Shown: positions 26,621 to 58,365, counted from the first letter of the stretch. The stretch is DNA of 64,000 nucleotides from Amoebidium appalachense (GCA_963693365.1 CAVNZM010000017.1:3949375-4013374); one strand, 5' to 3'. Notes: a model not told the origin generated them from the sequence alone. A program made the numbers and translations.

Positions 26621-27901
26621 CAGTGAACAAGTACCGAGTGTGTACAGTCCCCCATGTAGTAGGTGTGTTGCTTGGTCGAAGGATTAAATCTAGGAAGAGG
26701 AATGCACGTAGTTCTATGTTTTGAACTTTAACATGAGATAAGGTGGACTGTAAACGGTCTCCGTAGGAGTGGGTGGGTGAATGTCGCACAAAGCTGTTCC
26801 CGTATGCCTCGTGTTGATGTCGAATCAATACCGAATGTAACCGTATGATAGGATTCTGAAATTAGTTAATGACACACAAATGTCTTTGTAACGAGTGAGT
26901 AGCTGAACAGATACATGTTGGACTTTTGTGTTGTCCATAACCCAATCGCAGCTTACACTTGAATGATTAATTGTTTAGTCCTTGTGACCGGTGACATGGT
27001 CTCGCCTAACATAGTGGGTTTGTTTGTGCTTTCACAGTGCTAGTTGATGTGTAAGTGATGCTCAAATATCATAATGCAAATCATATTAATGCATATCATA
27101 ATGCAAATAGTAAGTTATTCCGCAAGCAATTGCAATGATGATGGCTGTGTACATACGTGTGTTTAGTGCTTGATAGTTGCAGGAGACGGTGAAGTCACTG
27201 ATGATGATATGATATGTATACTGTTGAAGGGAATGAAAGAGATAATTTTTCCGTGTTGTGCATCAGAGGTCACTGCATGCGCAGGTGCTGCATTTTGGCC
27301 ATGATATCTATTATAAAGAATATACAATAGACTATCATACGGTGTGCTTAATTACTCTACAATTCACACCCCAGCACTAGCGGTGCCAAAATGGTGCATT
27401 CGACACTTGTCCATTTAGATCCCCCCCCTCCCCCCCTCCCCCCCTCAGCACACACACGGACACACGTACACGTGGCACGTACACGCACACACAAAAAAAG
27501 AGGAAGGAAGAAGAAGAAGAAGAAGAACGAAAAACACGTACCCGTGCATGCCACACATGATTGTGCGCGCGCATAAACACATGAACAGACTATGATACTC
27601 ATATCATGTCCCCCCTCCTCCTCCCCCTTCCCCCCCCCCCCCCCCCCCCCCCTCCCCCCCCCCCCCCACACACACACACACACATGTGCACGATATTTAC
27701 ACACAGGCCATGGCCACTGCACATGTACATGTGCATATCGATGTCATGCACCAGAAACCTTACCGTTCGGTATCATGTCGTGTCATGGGTTGGCCCGGGA
27801 ACGGCCAATAAAGTCCAATGATGCCTCACTGCCTCAGCCCCCTCGGGCCACGAGCTCCCTCCTCCCCCTTTTTTTGGTCCCCCCTCCTCCATATCCGAGG
27901 C

Positions 27902-27938
<37 letters not shown>

Positions 27939-29078
27939 TTTCCCCCCGAGGCTGCCAAACGAAAAACGTTAAAAGAAAGAATAGAAAAAGGAGAATTGTT
28001 GAATAGAAAAAAAAAGCTGCGGGGCAGTAGCCTATCTATTATAACTTGTCACTACAATCCCAGGACTCCTCCCTGCTTATCTTCCTGATGCTGCTACTAC
28101 CCCCCCCCCCCCCCTTCCCCCAAAATACCCTCGGCCATGCCCTTCACTTCCTTAATACCCCGGGTGGACTACACTATAATGTTGCTAGCATTATGGCAAT
28201 GGCGGCAATGCGTATTACTATAATCTCTCGACCAACCTGATTTCCATTCAGTATGGCCACGAGTGTGATGTCTTGCTCCCCATGATGCCCGCTATCCGGC
28301 TCACAGGTAGCCTTCACTGCGGCACACAACGCAAATCATTGAAGTCCCAGGATGCCACTATTAGTAGCATCATAATCTAAATAGGTCACGAGCCATCCCG
28401 TTTATGTTTAACTACTCTAAACTCGTATGTGTTTGTACTGATATTGGTGCATAGTGGCCGGGCCTTTTGACTAATACCAAATAACTACATACTTGGCAAA
28501 TGAACCGTTCTATGATGCCTTGCAACTATATATCATGTAATTACAATCCAAATCATATGTACTCGCGGTAGGCGTTAATACTGGAGAAGCCCGAGATAAT
28601 TATCAGGTCTTAAAAAGGCACTCACGTAATACTTCACACACTGCGAATCATAGACTCTTAGACTCATCATAGTAATACACTACCTGCATGTTAATAATGC
28701 ACCGGTATTGTTGCCTTAGCCTACCCATCAGTTTACAGTGTCATATGCATATGTCGTAAAGGCCCTGTCAGTATTGTAATAGGGGCTTTGTATACATACG
28801 AACTAAATATATCATTCAAATCAATAGACCAACTTGACAGCAAGCATTCGATAAGTCCCGGTTATCACCATCACACAAGACGAGAGTGTAGTGTGCGCCA
28901 GCATCATAGTATAATATCTACGTTTAACTTACTCAGAACGGTTGCGGTTACAGTCATACGTTAACCAGGTCCATCTGACATGTGTTTGCACCTGCTGTTC
29001 GCAGGTCTGATCCAGTGGTTGCAACTTAGATGTCGCATATTGAATAAAACACGTACTTTTAAAGTCAAGTTCGAATTC

Positions 29079-29110
<32 letters not shown>

Positions 29111-29204
29111 TTCCCCCTCCCTCCAAATAATTATGACAGGAAACCCGTGTGCAAAGACATGCAGTAACAGGCAGAAAATTGGCACCGCCTACACTAGCAA
29201 CGGG

Positions 29205-30452
29205 TTAGTAGGGTCCCTGGGGGTAGAACCGCCGACCGTTGTACTGCTGCGGCTCACTGGACCTTCTTCTGGGCATCTTTCCCTCGTACCCAACCCCATC
29301 TTCACTCACCCCCTCCTCTACGCCCACCTCCCCCTGATACATCCTGTACCGCCTAGCACCGGGGCTCTGCATATCACTGTACCCTTGCGTGAATTGTGGT
29401 GATGGAGCGATTGACGACGGCGGGGAACCATAACTTTCTCTACGTGGAATCATGTTTGCGCTCTGCTTTCCCCTATACTGCGACATGGAACCCGGGGCGT
29501 TCCCTTGAAGAGTCAACCTATCCATGGATGTTTCCAAGTTCATCGCGTAATCTGTGCGATCCGAGGCAGCGCTATAGTTGCTTTCAAAGTCACCGCTGGC
29601 GGCTCGGTAAAGGAAACCATAACGCGAGGAAGAGAGGGCTGGGGAGGAGCGGTTTCGCGGGGGCATGCGCGGGTTGGTGGGTGGTTGCTGTTTGCTATAG
29701 CTACCGTATGGGCTATGTAGAGACTGCGCAGACTCTCCCGCACTCGATCTTGGGTTTAAAAGGGTGTTCACGCGATACTCCGAGTCCATGTTTCCACTAA
29801 GCTTTATCGGACGGCTCGCGAGCATCGTGTTGCTCTTTGAGTTTTTCCGACTGTTTACGGAGGGTTTCTCGCACCCGTAAAGCTCCTCCCAGAGACTTTT
29901 TGCAGCGTTTAGTAGTTGTGTCGTGTGCGGGCGGGGGGCGGAGTGGCTGAGAGTGTCGGGGAATGTTGCACGCAGCCAGGCCTGGGCGGTGCCGCTGCTG
30001 ATGGTCTGACGGGGGGCATCGGGGGTGCTGTGCTCCTGTTGTTCTTTGTTGAACTGACCGTGGAGGGAGATTACGTGCTCGTCCTGTGAGGGGTGAGCGT
30101 AAGACAGTCATAATATTACCGTGGATGGAAAAGAGGCAGAGGGGTTGTGTCTGTGTGTATGACGGTGTCCCAGGGTTCGGCATTCCGTGAGAGTAAATTC
30201 TTCGAGGCCGGTAATCACAGCCGAGATGGGAGGTTTTGGGTTCCTTTTCTTTCTTTCTTTCTTTCTCCCCCCCCCCCTCTCCCCCCCCCCCCCTCCCCCT
30301 GCCCCCCTTCTTTTCTTTTCTTTCTGCCTTTCTTTCTTTTTTTTCTTTTTCTTTTTTTCTTTCTTTCTTTCTTTTCTTTTTTTTTTGGGGGGGGGGGGGA
30401 GGGTGGGGGGGGGGAGGGGAGGAGGGGCGGGGGAGTTGGTGGGCCCGGGCAG

Positions 30453-30495
<43 letters not shown>

Positions 30496-31969
30496 TGTTT
30501 AGGGGGTTGTGGGGGGGGGGGGGGGGGGGGGGGGGGGAGGAGGGGGGGGCCACGTAGGGAGGGAGGAAACAACTCACCTGCACGCGGCGGATGGGCAGAG
30601 TGAGCCTGTACACGGGCCTATTGTTGTGGTCGTAGTGGTCCAGCACTCTGTGGCGCAGCACAAAGGCTGCAAACTGTTCTTTGGTCTCCGTGCGCTTACT
30701 GTGGTTGCTAGGCCGCCCTGACAGCCCATGATACCCCCCGGGGATCAGCGGGTTTAATGATCCAAATGCATCTACATTTTCGGCGGGGTTTGTGTGTGTA
30801 TTTCCCTGCCTTATGCTTTGATTTTCATTGTTTGTGTTGGTAGTGTCGGTGTCGCGTTGAGGAGATTGGTTGTCCCCGTTTTGTGCTTGTTGTTGGGTTA
30901 GAGAATGGTGGCGGGGTGGCATGGGTGATTGGGTGGGTGTAGTGCGGTACCCTACTGTGTTTGGTGATGGTGTATGGGGGGGTTCCATCTCCCCCAGGGC
31001 CTGTTGCTGATACATCCGTGGGCTATTATCAACCCCCCCGGAATGCTCCGCAAATTTGGCTGCACTGACCGAAACGGTTGGGGCGCTCGACGCTCGACAG
31101 AGCGTATTTGGTGCACGCCGTGTACTATTATAATAGTCTCTTTCGACATCGTAATCTGAATATTCGGTTTGTTCATTTGGGGATTCAGCGACATCAGCCT
31201 GTGCCTGTCCGGTGAAAAAACTCTCATTGGGGCCGTGGCCATTGATGCCGTATAGAGGGGACTGTTCTGATAGTCTCCTTCCCACCAACATGTCATCTGC
31301 ATGCGTCATGGCCATTGAGTAGTGTTCGTCAAACGAAAATCTCCGTCTGGAAGCCGCATCGTCACATCTGTCGGTGAAGCGGCCGTTATCTGCTGTCACA
31401 TCTCCGCATGTGGTAGGGTTGATTACCATTCTGCTGGCGGCTGACATTTCGAAGCCAGAGGTCGACTTTGCCCTCTTGCTCTTGTTGAGTTGCACCTCGT
31501 GATCTGTCCACCCATCTCGGCTGAGTGTGTTCCATGGGGATTGGTGATTGTGAACATGCCCAGTGGGATTCTGAGAAGGGTTTTGCATTTCGTGTGCGTA
31601 TGGCACCCACTTCGAGTAGTCAGATTGATCCGTTGAATTCGTGCTATATACACTGTCGTTCTCATAGTTGTAGTGTACGGTGTGTTCCGGATCGGTTTGA
31701 TGATCTTCCAACTTGGAAAAATGGTGTTGTGCGTGGTGCCGAGGTACCAAAGGGGCATCGTGATGTTTGAAGATCGCAGTATGGACCAGGTTGGGATCAT
31801 ACACATGATCTTGTGGTGGCGTGATTGTGTGTGTGTTGGTGTGTGAAAGAGATGTTGTGTCGTAACCACTAGTAGAGGCTAAGGAGGGAGAGAGGTTGTG
31901 TGTGGCTATGGCGGGCTCGTGTGTGTCCTCCCAAGGGCGGAAGGTGGCTGTTAGAGCGGGAGTGCGCAT
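29205..31969 (-). CDS. Two-exon, 756-aa, largely disordered protein with a central folded domain; putative DNA-binding protein
   Basis: Exon 1 is 31969-30578 (donor GTGAGT). Exon 2 is 30083-29205 (acceptor cccctcacag, ends TAA). The phase-0 join links the 584-aa and 206-aa track ORFs. The flanks are S/P/Q/N/H-rich and the core reads HGLSGRPSNHSK..FAAFV..SLHGQFNKEQ..TISSGTAQAWLRATFP. Confidence 0.8.
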
Positions 31970-33962
31970 TTTTGAAGGTGTAAGTAGCTATAGGTGTAAG
32001 AGAGAACTGAGTGCTGAATATTCTCAATGTGAAGTTAACATGACTTCGGCCAGATTGAAATGTGTGGGTGATGGTGCGAGATTCTAGTCGAAATGTGTGA
32101 AAAGATATATGTGTCGGTGTTCTTGGGTCCGCAAGCCTTCTAGGAATACTGTACGGTAGGCAACGCCTAAGGTTTCAAAGAAACTGATATCTGCATCACC
32201 CTAGCACAGAGGAGGAGGATGGGGAAAACCGTGGACTGGTTGCAAAACCTGACCATAAAAGCCCAAGTGGCGATAATGAGTTAGCGCTTAGAACGAATGA
32301 GTGCTCCAAAGGCTCAGTTGAGGCCAATCCGGGTCTTCAGCAGGTGGCGAATGGTATGCGCCCGTTTCTCTGAGGCCAGTACGTGTATGTGATGAAACCG
32401 CGGTAGATATACAGATAAGATATGGTAAGTGAGGCAAAAGGTGTCAGTTGAAGTACACGCGTGACTCTACGGCAGGAAAAAAAAGTGGTGACCATGAGTG
32501 ACGGTCTGACACATAGTGAGTCAGGTCGAAAAGGCTTGTGCACGGTCTGGCGTGACGGTCATCAGGATCCCACCGAAATAAATAGAAATCTATGTAGGCG
32601 TAACTAACGTGGAATCCGACTACATAGGTGTGCATGTCTGCTGTTTGCTCAAATGTCAAATCCAGTTGACTCTATGTAGACCTACATACTGTGTACACTA
32701 CACTATTGGGTACACTGTGTGTATTATTGGGCTTGGGGATTACCTGTGTAGCTTGGCGAAACACAGTGCGGGCATGTAGCCATGATGAACAAACGCATTC
32801 CGCAGAATCCGCACTCTGGCCCGGGGACGGGAGAGGGTCAAACCATTGCATGCGGGACCGTGCCTCGTCACATTCCAGCTCACATGCACTGCTATAGCAA
32901 TGTAGCAAACAAGCAAATCTTCAGCGTAAGTTTGCATGCTATTTATTAAATCCACAAACCATTTGTGTTGTGTATATGTATATATATATCATGGGTACAT
33001 ATGCATTGCGGCTGATTTGCATACTATAGGTAACAGGCACAACACCTTGAGCGGCCACGGTGCATTCCAACACGTCAACATGATATCGATTTTATGCGCG
33101 GATTCTAGATGTGTAGACTCTGTATGTAGAGGTTGTGCGAGCGTGAGCCTCATGAACTTGGGCTTGCAAGTTGCATTCCAACATGAATACCATCCAGGCA
33201 GGGCAGATACATTCTGGAGGCTCACAACTCCATGGTGGTGCGCTTGCTCTTTATCGACACATTTATTTCAAATAAAGCAGAATTTACACACTAAGGACAC
33301 AATTATAGTATTTTTACTTTTTACTTTCAGATTTTTTCATTATTGGCCAATGAGTTCGCCTCGAACTTTGTTTGTGTGATTGCTTCTAGTTGAGCCACTC
33401 ATGCATGACCCCGGAATTCTTTTCGTATTAGATTCGCAGTTGAAACATCTGAACGAAGAATGCACGTGCATCATTCATGTTGTCGTGACAGGCTGTGAAC
33501 TCTGCCAATTACTATTTAAACATGAAAAACTAGAGAAAATAACATGAATCTTTCCATTTTCTATTGTTTCTGACCCATTGAAGCGGGCATGAGTTCGACA
33601 GACGGTACATTCCAACCATGCCAGTGTTTATCGGTGCATACCAAAGGCAGGGTGTGAAATCGGATGTGCCCCCAGGACATGTACAACATGGTGTGACCCT
33701 CAGAGACTGAAGGAGCTCACACGTGTAAGACGGTCTATTAGCATGTAGCCTAGCCCCGCGTGAACCATCTATTTTGCATTGCAATTGAAATTAATCGTTG
33801 ACCATATTCCTACTTTTTTCTTGTTTTATATGTATATTGGATACCAACTTAAAAACATAATGGCATTAGACCTATTGGCACCTTCTCTCTCTACATCCAC
33901 TGATTGGTATCGATATCAATCATCAGGCCCTGGGTCATGACCTGCTTAGTACTAGCTGGGCA

Positions 33963-34002
<40 letters not shown>

Positions 34003-34389
34003 AACGACCACGGGCCGCCTCCCCTCTCTCTGTCTCTACGCCTACCAGGATCTCAAGCTCATCATGGCCGAGACCGCAATGACTTGTCGCTCATGACCAC
34101 TGATGATTTCGAATATGCCGTAAAGCACCCTTGCACATGCAGACACACGCACACACGTCCACGCTCCTCAATACATGCACTCTCAGACTGCCGTATACAG
34201 GATAATATGCTAATCTCTGTGGCGGCACATGATGATGCGCGCGCACACACGTGGCACACATTCTAAATCCCTTTTTTCCTCTCTAATAACTGCTTCCCCT
34301 TATTCCCCCCCTCCCCCCCCCCCCCCCCCCCCTCCCCCCCCCATCACACCACCACCACCACCTGCGCCCTCTTTTTCGCTCTCTATCTA

Positions 34390-34422
<33 letters not shown>

Positions 34423-35258
34423 TTTAAAAAGAAGCCCCCTTTAATTAAGAATTAATAGGGCAACATGTGCCGCATTGGTGAAGACTGACACGCGAAGAGC
34501 CGAGAACTCAATCAGGCCTGCCCGGAACGTGGGTGACCGGGCGACTCGTGATTATCATGAGTCGTGTGGCTCCCACCTGCTTCCACACCCATCATCCTCT
34601 GTTTTTGGGATGATTCGTTAGCCACAAGCACACTGACACAGCATGTAGTTAATAAAAAAATTAAAAAAATATTACGTAAGTGTGTTGTCACTACTAGCGC
34701 TAGGAAACAAGTGGTTCAGTAATGAACCACATTCTCAGTTTGCTTGCAAGGATTCATGGCCATCATCAGTGATCATGTCGTATGGCATAATTTGTGGGTG
34801 ACCAAAAACAACTTTGTATTTGCAATCCCAGATCTAATTTAAGGCTCTAAAAATGGTCCTCAACCTCGACCGAGGGGCGGCAACCTTGGCCCAAGGTGTG
34901 GCACTCAGCGGCCCACTCAGCACTACCCCCCTCCTCCCCCCCCCCTCCTCCCCCCCCCCCCCCCCCTCCCCCCCCCCACCCCCCAAACCACCACTACCAC
35001 CACCACCACCCGGCGGTGACCACCACCACCACCACCACCGTCCCCAAACACGCAAGAACATATCCCACCCCACTCGGCCCCCCAAACACACCGCACTGGT
35101 ACTTGAAAAGCTTCATCATTATATGGGCGCCGTAATGCTGGGTTCTACCGCGTTCTCATGATCATAATCATTGCATGCTGGTGGTGGTGACGCTCAAGAG
35201 AATAACTTAAAGTCTCGGAGTCGGGTGGGTGTTCTGACAATGTGTGTATGTGTGTGTT

Positions 35259-35303
<45 letters not shown>

Positions 35304-35337
35304 CACTGTGTGTGCGTGTGTGTGTGTCGCGTGTGTA

Positions 35338-35377
<40 letters not shown>

Positions 35378-36287
35378 TGTGTGTGTGTGTGTTTGTGTGT
35401 GTGTGCGTGCGTGCGCGCACGTGTGCACACGTGTGTGTGTGTCTAGGTGTGTGGTGGCCGTGGCCCCGGGGGCTCGGGGGGGGGGGGGGGGAGGAGAGAC
35501 GGGGGGGCTCCGGGGGGAGGGAGGGACTCCGAGGGGACTCAGGGAGGGGGGCCCGGGGAAGATCTAGAGGGGGGGAGGGAGGGGGGGGGGGGGGGGGGGG
35601 AAAGACATGCATGTTGTTATTAGTCCTCTCAGTCCTGAAACCATGCAGTGCTGCAGTCTGGCATATGGCATGCAGTTGATTCATGGAGGTACTTCAAATA
35701 TACTATTAGATCTCTGTACGTAATGAAGCAAGTCATCTAATAATCACATCTATTATACATATATCTGTGCGGCATGGTGAATCTTTTTTTATTATTATTA
35801 TTTTGTCGTGAGTAAAAAGGGTGTATCATTCTTATTTTTCCCCATGCTCAGCACAATGCTCGGGACATCACAGAAAGAAGGATCAATGTTTAAATAGAAG
35901 AAGGCACGATCTTTCTATGCAGATTCACACTCAATTTGCAATGGTGAGGTCTTTAAATGGAGGGGTCGCCCGCAAGTTGCGCATATTTGCATATATTTGC
36001 AAATTATGATTTAGACATTGCAGATGACCCCTTTGTACACCCTTAATAAGGCGTTTCTTTATCAAGTATACTGTGGGAAAATCAATAGGGGCCCTACCTC
36101 CCGGCTTCAGAAAGCTTTAACAGAAATACAAATTTTCTTCACACTGTGTTGCGAGATTAGTATCCGACAGGTGGCCTAATTGGTTAATCTCAGTGATACA
36201 TATTGGGTCGATTCGTAAAACTATCGCTTCAACGTGATTGGATACATAAAGCTTAAAAAAAAGAACTGTCCAATAGACCCAATTTGT

Positions 36288-53034
<16,747 letters not shown>

Positions 53035-53299
53035 GTTGCTTGAAATCTCACCCAGAAAGGGGCAATTGAAGTTGACGTTTCCACTAAAAAGGATGAGTCA
53101 ACTAAACTATCTGTACTAATGCATTACCAAGAACTTACTACACGCATTGTACACCATTAAACCTAAGCCGTTTTTACTTCACATGTAAAATTTAATCTAC
53201 TGTAGCCAGGTTTTTGCAACCCTTTCTTTCTTCGTGTGTGTTTTGTGTGTGTGCTTTCCAGAAAAAATTTGGAGTTGCATCAAAAAATGCACCAACTGC

Positions 53300-53380
53300 A
53301 CGGTGATTGGTTAATAGAGAGAAGTGGCTCTTGACGACAACCAATCAGTGAACAGTTAAATTCTAACGTCCCTATTGGTC
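53300..53380. promoter_or_regulatory. Cluster of CCAAT boxes upstream of the GT41 gene
   Basis: ATTGG at ~53306, CCAATC at 53341 and ATTGG at ~53374, about 270-340 bp from the ATG at 53034. Confidence 0.4.
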
Positions 53381-53715
53381 CATCTTTTGCAATAAACATA
53401 ACGCATCTTGGTTTTGTTGCAACAGTGTGCATGTGTGTTTGCCGGAACCCTGCGCCTAGCACTGATGGTGAGAGCTCTTTTTCTCCCCTTTCAAAAGCTC
53501 AAATCCAGCAAACTAGTGCAGGAGGCTGCCAGTTATGAGCCTGTAATATGGCAAAGTGTACAAAATCTACAATTGTGGTGTCCTGAGCCTCATCAAGAGC
53601 TCCCAGGATCATGATAAAAATGCGATATCATCACCTCTTGCTACCCCCACATCTTCCGTAGAGGCTCGTCCTACTCCCCCCTCCCCTCCCCCCCTCCTCC
53701 CAGCACCGCTATCAG

Positions 53716-55021
<1,306 letters not shown>

Positions 55022-55272
55022 TTCTCAACATTTATTAGGCTGAACTAGATTCCCCACCTTGCCCCCCCCCCCCCCCCCCCCCCCCCCCTCCTCCCCTCCA
55101 CTCCCCCCGCCACCGCCTCCCCTCTCCCCCCCCCCCCCTCCCCCCACCCCCACCCCAATCACACCCGTTCTCGATCTCTCTTCCTTCGGTGTATTCTCTC
55201 TCTATCACTTCTTTCTCTCTCTTCCCCCGCACCCCCTTCCTCCACCGAGCTCCACACACACATATGCATACA

Positions 55273-55337
<65 letters not shown>

Positions 55338-56236
55338 TCCCCCTTCTGTCTCTGCCGTCGTTGAACCCCCTTGCCCCATCTATCTTTAAGGTTTTTTTAT
55401 CGACTGGTTATGAGTCATGTTCCGCGAATGGGTGTGGAAACGTTGAACGCAAGGGATGGTGTGGAGCCTCTGCACAAACTTACATGTGCTTTATTGTTTC
55501 CCACACATACACTTGCACACTATGAGACTTGCACACATACTGGCATCGCAACCGCACAAAAGGAATGCATCCACTTGTAGCTCACACTCACATACAGGTC
55601 AATGTTAGCTCGCGACCACACACCCACGCGCACACACAAACACACACACACATCCAGAAGCCAGACCCACATACACGTGTGCCCATGCACATGCCCACCC
55701 GCACGCCGTATACCCGTGGTAGCTTACTGAAACATATCTGTGCAAAGACTTTAAGCGCACGAATGCACGTACGAGGTCCACACATCGATATGATGTTCCT
55801 ATTAAATAGATGACCGGATATATATTCGGGATGTTCTATTGATTATGAGTGTACTGTACTGTCTGCTATTGAATGTGTCTGTAATTTCGATGTACTCAAG
55901 GCAAAAAGGTGCAGTTATGTAAGCACCAGTGTGGTTTGTATAGCTCGAATGACTGTTAGACTACGGCAAACATGATGCCAAAAGACACAAATAAATACAT
56001 TATGTATTATCATATCACATTAAGTCTCAGCGGTGGCACGTTCCAGGGATATATTTCGGGTGTTTTTCACATATACCCCCCCCTCCCCCCATCCACACAC
56101 ACATGCACATACACAAAAAGAGAAGAAGAAGAAAAACACGAGGTCCGGCCCGGTACTTGCAGTAAGGGACGGACGACAAATGAGAGCTTCCTACCGTAAC
56201 GACAGTGAACACGAAGTGACAACACATGATCCAGCT

Positions 56237-56277
<41 letters not shown>

Positions 56278-56837
56278 AAAAAAAAAAAAAAAGGAAAAAA
56301 AATGAAAGAGGGGGAGGAGCCGGAAGTTGGATGATGTGTGGTCGTTCTCCCTGTTTTACGAGGCTCGATCGTGTGTGGGTGTGTGGGTGGATGTGTTTGG
56401 GGACCAACTTGATGCTCACAGTACCAGATCTTAGGGAGGAACTATAGTGAGATTAGGGAACAGAGGGCAGGAGGTATGGGGACGGGGATCCGGAGGGGGT
56501 AGGGGGAGGGGGGGGGGGGAGGGGGGGGGGGGGGGGGAGAAGGGGAGGGGAAAACGACCGCGCCCGAAAACTGCCGCACAGAACACAACATCTCTGTCTC
56601 CACCGTCCGCAGGAATTCATATAGCAATTTTAACTATTCGATCACTTTCATACCTTAAAAGCTGTGCAACACCAGGTCCTGTGAATGTAAAAACACTATG
56701 ATGTTCTAGGCCACAAGTAATTTTTTCCAACAATCATCCAAGAGGGTTTCGATCAAAAGAGCTTCGTGCGCTCTTTGCAGCATACAACCATAATCTTTAC
56801 GCATGATATGCAATAATTGCCTTCAAGGTTGGTGGCA

Positions 56838-57188
56838 TCACATAACCGCACAGCTAGACTGAGCCCCCTTCTTAGATTCAAGTAGCTTTTTCAGCTCAGC
56901 TCTCGCCGCCTCAAAATCTCTAATAAACGCGTTCCTATCAGCAATCTTATTGTATTCCAGATCGTGAATCAGCTTGTTCCTCTCACGCACAAGCATGTTG
57001 ATTCTTCTCGTTAGTGCCTGAGGGAGGGGTTGTCCGTTGTGTGTTGCAGATCTGGCTTTCTCTCCCAGCCCATTTCCTGATGCTTGAAACTGGGTCGCGA
57101 GTAGGTGTTCTAGCTCTTTGCTTGCGCGGATGACCAGCTCAAAATCGTTCGCTGAGTAGAGGTCTGTGGATGATAGACTGTTGCCCAT
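56838..57188 (-). CDS. Intronless 116-aa HEPN/DUF4145-like protein with N-myristoylation motif and CaaX box
   Basis: Clean high-complexity ORF from ATG to TGA. It starts MGNSLS, has a helical core ELEHLL..A.G.GL.EK..LP..L.RRI..L..ERNKLIHD (R-X4-H), and ends KKGAQSSCAVM. Confidence 0.85.
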   Translation of the reverse strand: MGNSLSSTDLYSANDFELVIRASKELEHLLATQFQASGNGLGEKARSATHNGQPLPQALTRRINMLVRERNKLIHDLEYNKIADRNAFIRDFEAARAELKKLLESKKGAQSSCAVM

Positions 57189-57506
57189 TTTGAACCCTTG
57201 TCACCCGTTTGTGAGTATAGGTATTGCGCTGTTCAAAAAGAGAAATAGACACCCCTCGTCTTAGTTTGTGATAGTCATGAGGTGCGTGGGTGTTTCGTGT
57301 GGTTCTAATTTTCTTTCGACGCTTAGGGTGTAATTTATAGGTTTCCCGGTCGTAAGAGAGTGGACTTAGCTATAATATGTGTGCTTAATGTCATTATAGA
57401 AGTGGACATTCTGACACCAATTTAAATGCAAAAGACTGCAAAAGACGTCGTCACAGTAAATAAACAACCAGCACTTGAAGTTTCTCTGTCGCTTTTTGGT
57501 GCGCCA

Positions 57507-57554
57507 TTACGTAAGCGTCGCCACTAGTCCCCAATGACGTCATTTCTGACGTCA
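57507..57554. promoter_or_regulatory. Cluster of palindromic bZIP sites (TTACGTAA plus two TGACGTCA)
   Basis: TTACGTAA at 57507-57514, TGACGTCA at 57535-57542 and 57547-57554; a further TTACGTAA at 57820-57827. Confidence 0.55.
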
Positions 57555-58365
57555 GGCCCGAGGCCCTCGCATCAAGGTTGGCATGGCAAGAGATTTCTGT
57601 CAAGTTCGCTGCAACACTATAGTTCGCTATACGCGGTAATGCCATACATTATTGTTACAGATGCATTTGAGGTTTTCTAATTTATTTGAGTTTGAAATTT
57701 TTGAATCAGCTCAAGTGCTAATGCATACGCTACTGTGCATATTGTCGTGATGAGCCATGAACAGAGTTCAGCCCCCGCGCCTCCGTCAGATTAGTGTCCA
57801 AGGCTATGTACCCACTGGCTTACGTAAGTGGCCGGGCACTACTAGGCCGCTGTCGCCTGGGCATGCGGCAACATACAACATGATACAAGGTATGTTGAGC
57901 CGACTATGTATACTGCGTCGGATAGGCGATCGTGGTCGCTAATGGTATGATATGATTGGCCTAGGCTCCTGCCGGCATGTCAAATGCATGATTTATGTCA
58001 ACTTATATTGGCTTTTGATCTTCCATACCCGCCAATCAACAGGTTGTTGACATCCTGGAATTCCTCAAAGATTATATAAACGATGCCTTCGCGGATGCTG
58101 CCTCAGTCATTGGTCATGCGTTAGAAAACACGCGCACATATTGGAATACTCACACTCCACCAAATAGTTATAACCCACCTAGCCCTATCTATCGAAAAAC
58201 AACAGAGGCTTTAAAAGAAGGCATGAGTAGCTACATAAGTGAATTGACCCGTTGTCATTTTCAATAGTAGGCAGTTATCAATAAACATTATTACGACTCA
58301 TAGTAAATGCATCCTGCTAACGACATTAAATAGCATAAATGCCGTACACCTAAAAGCCCTAAAAC

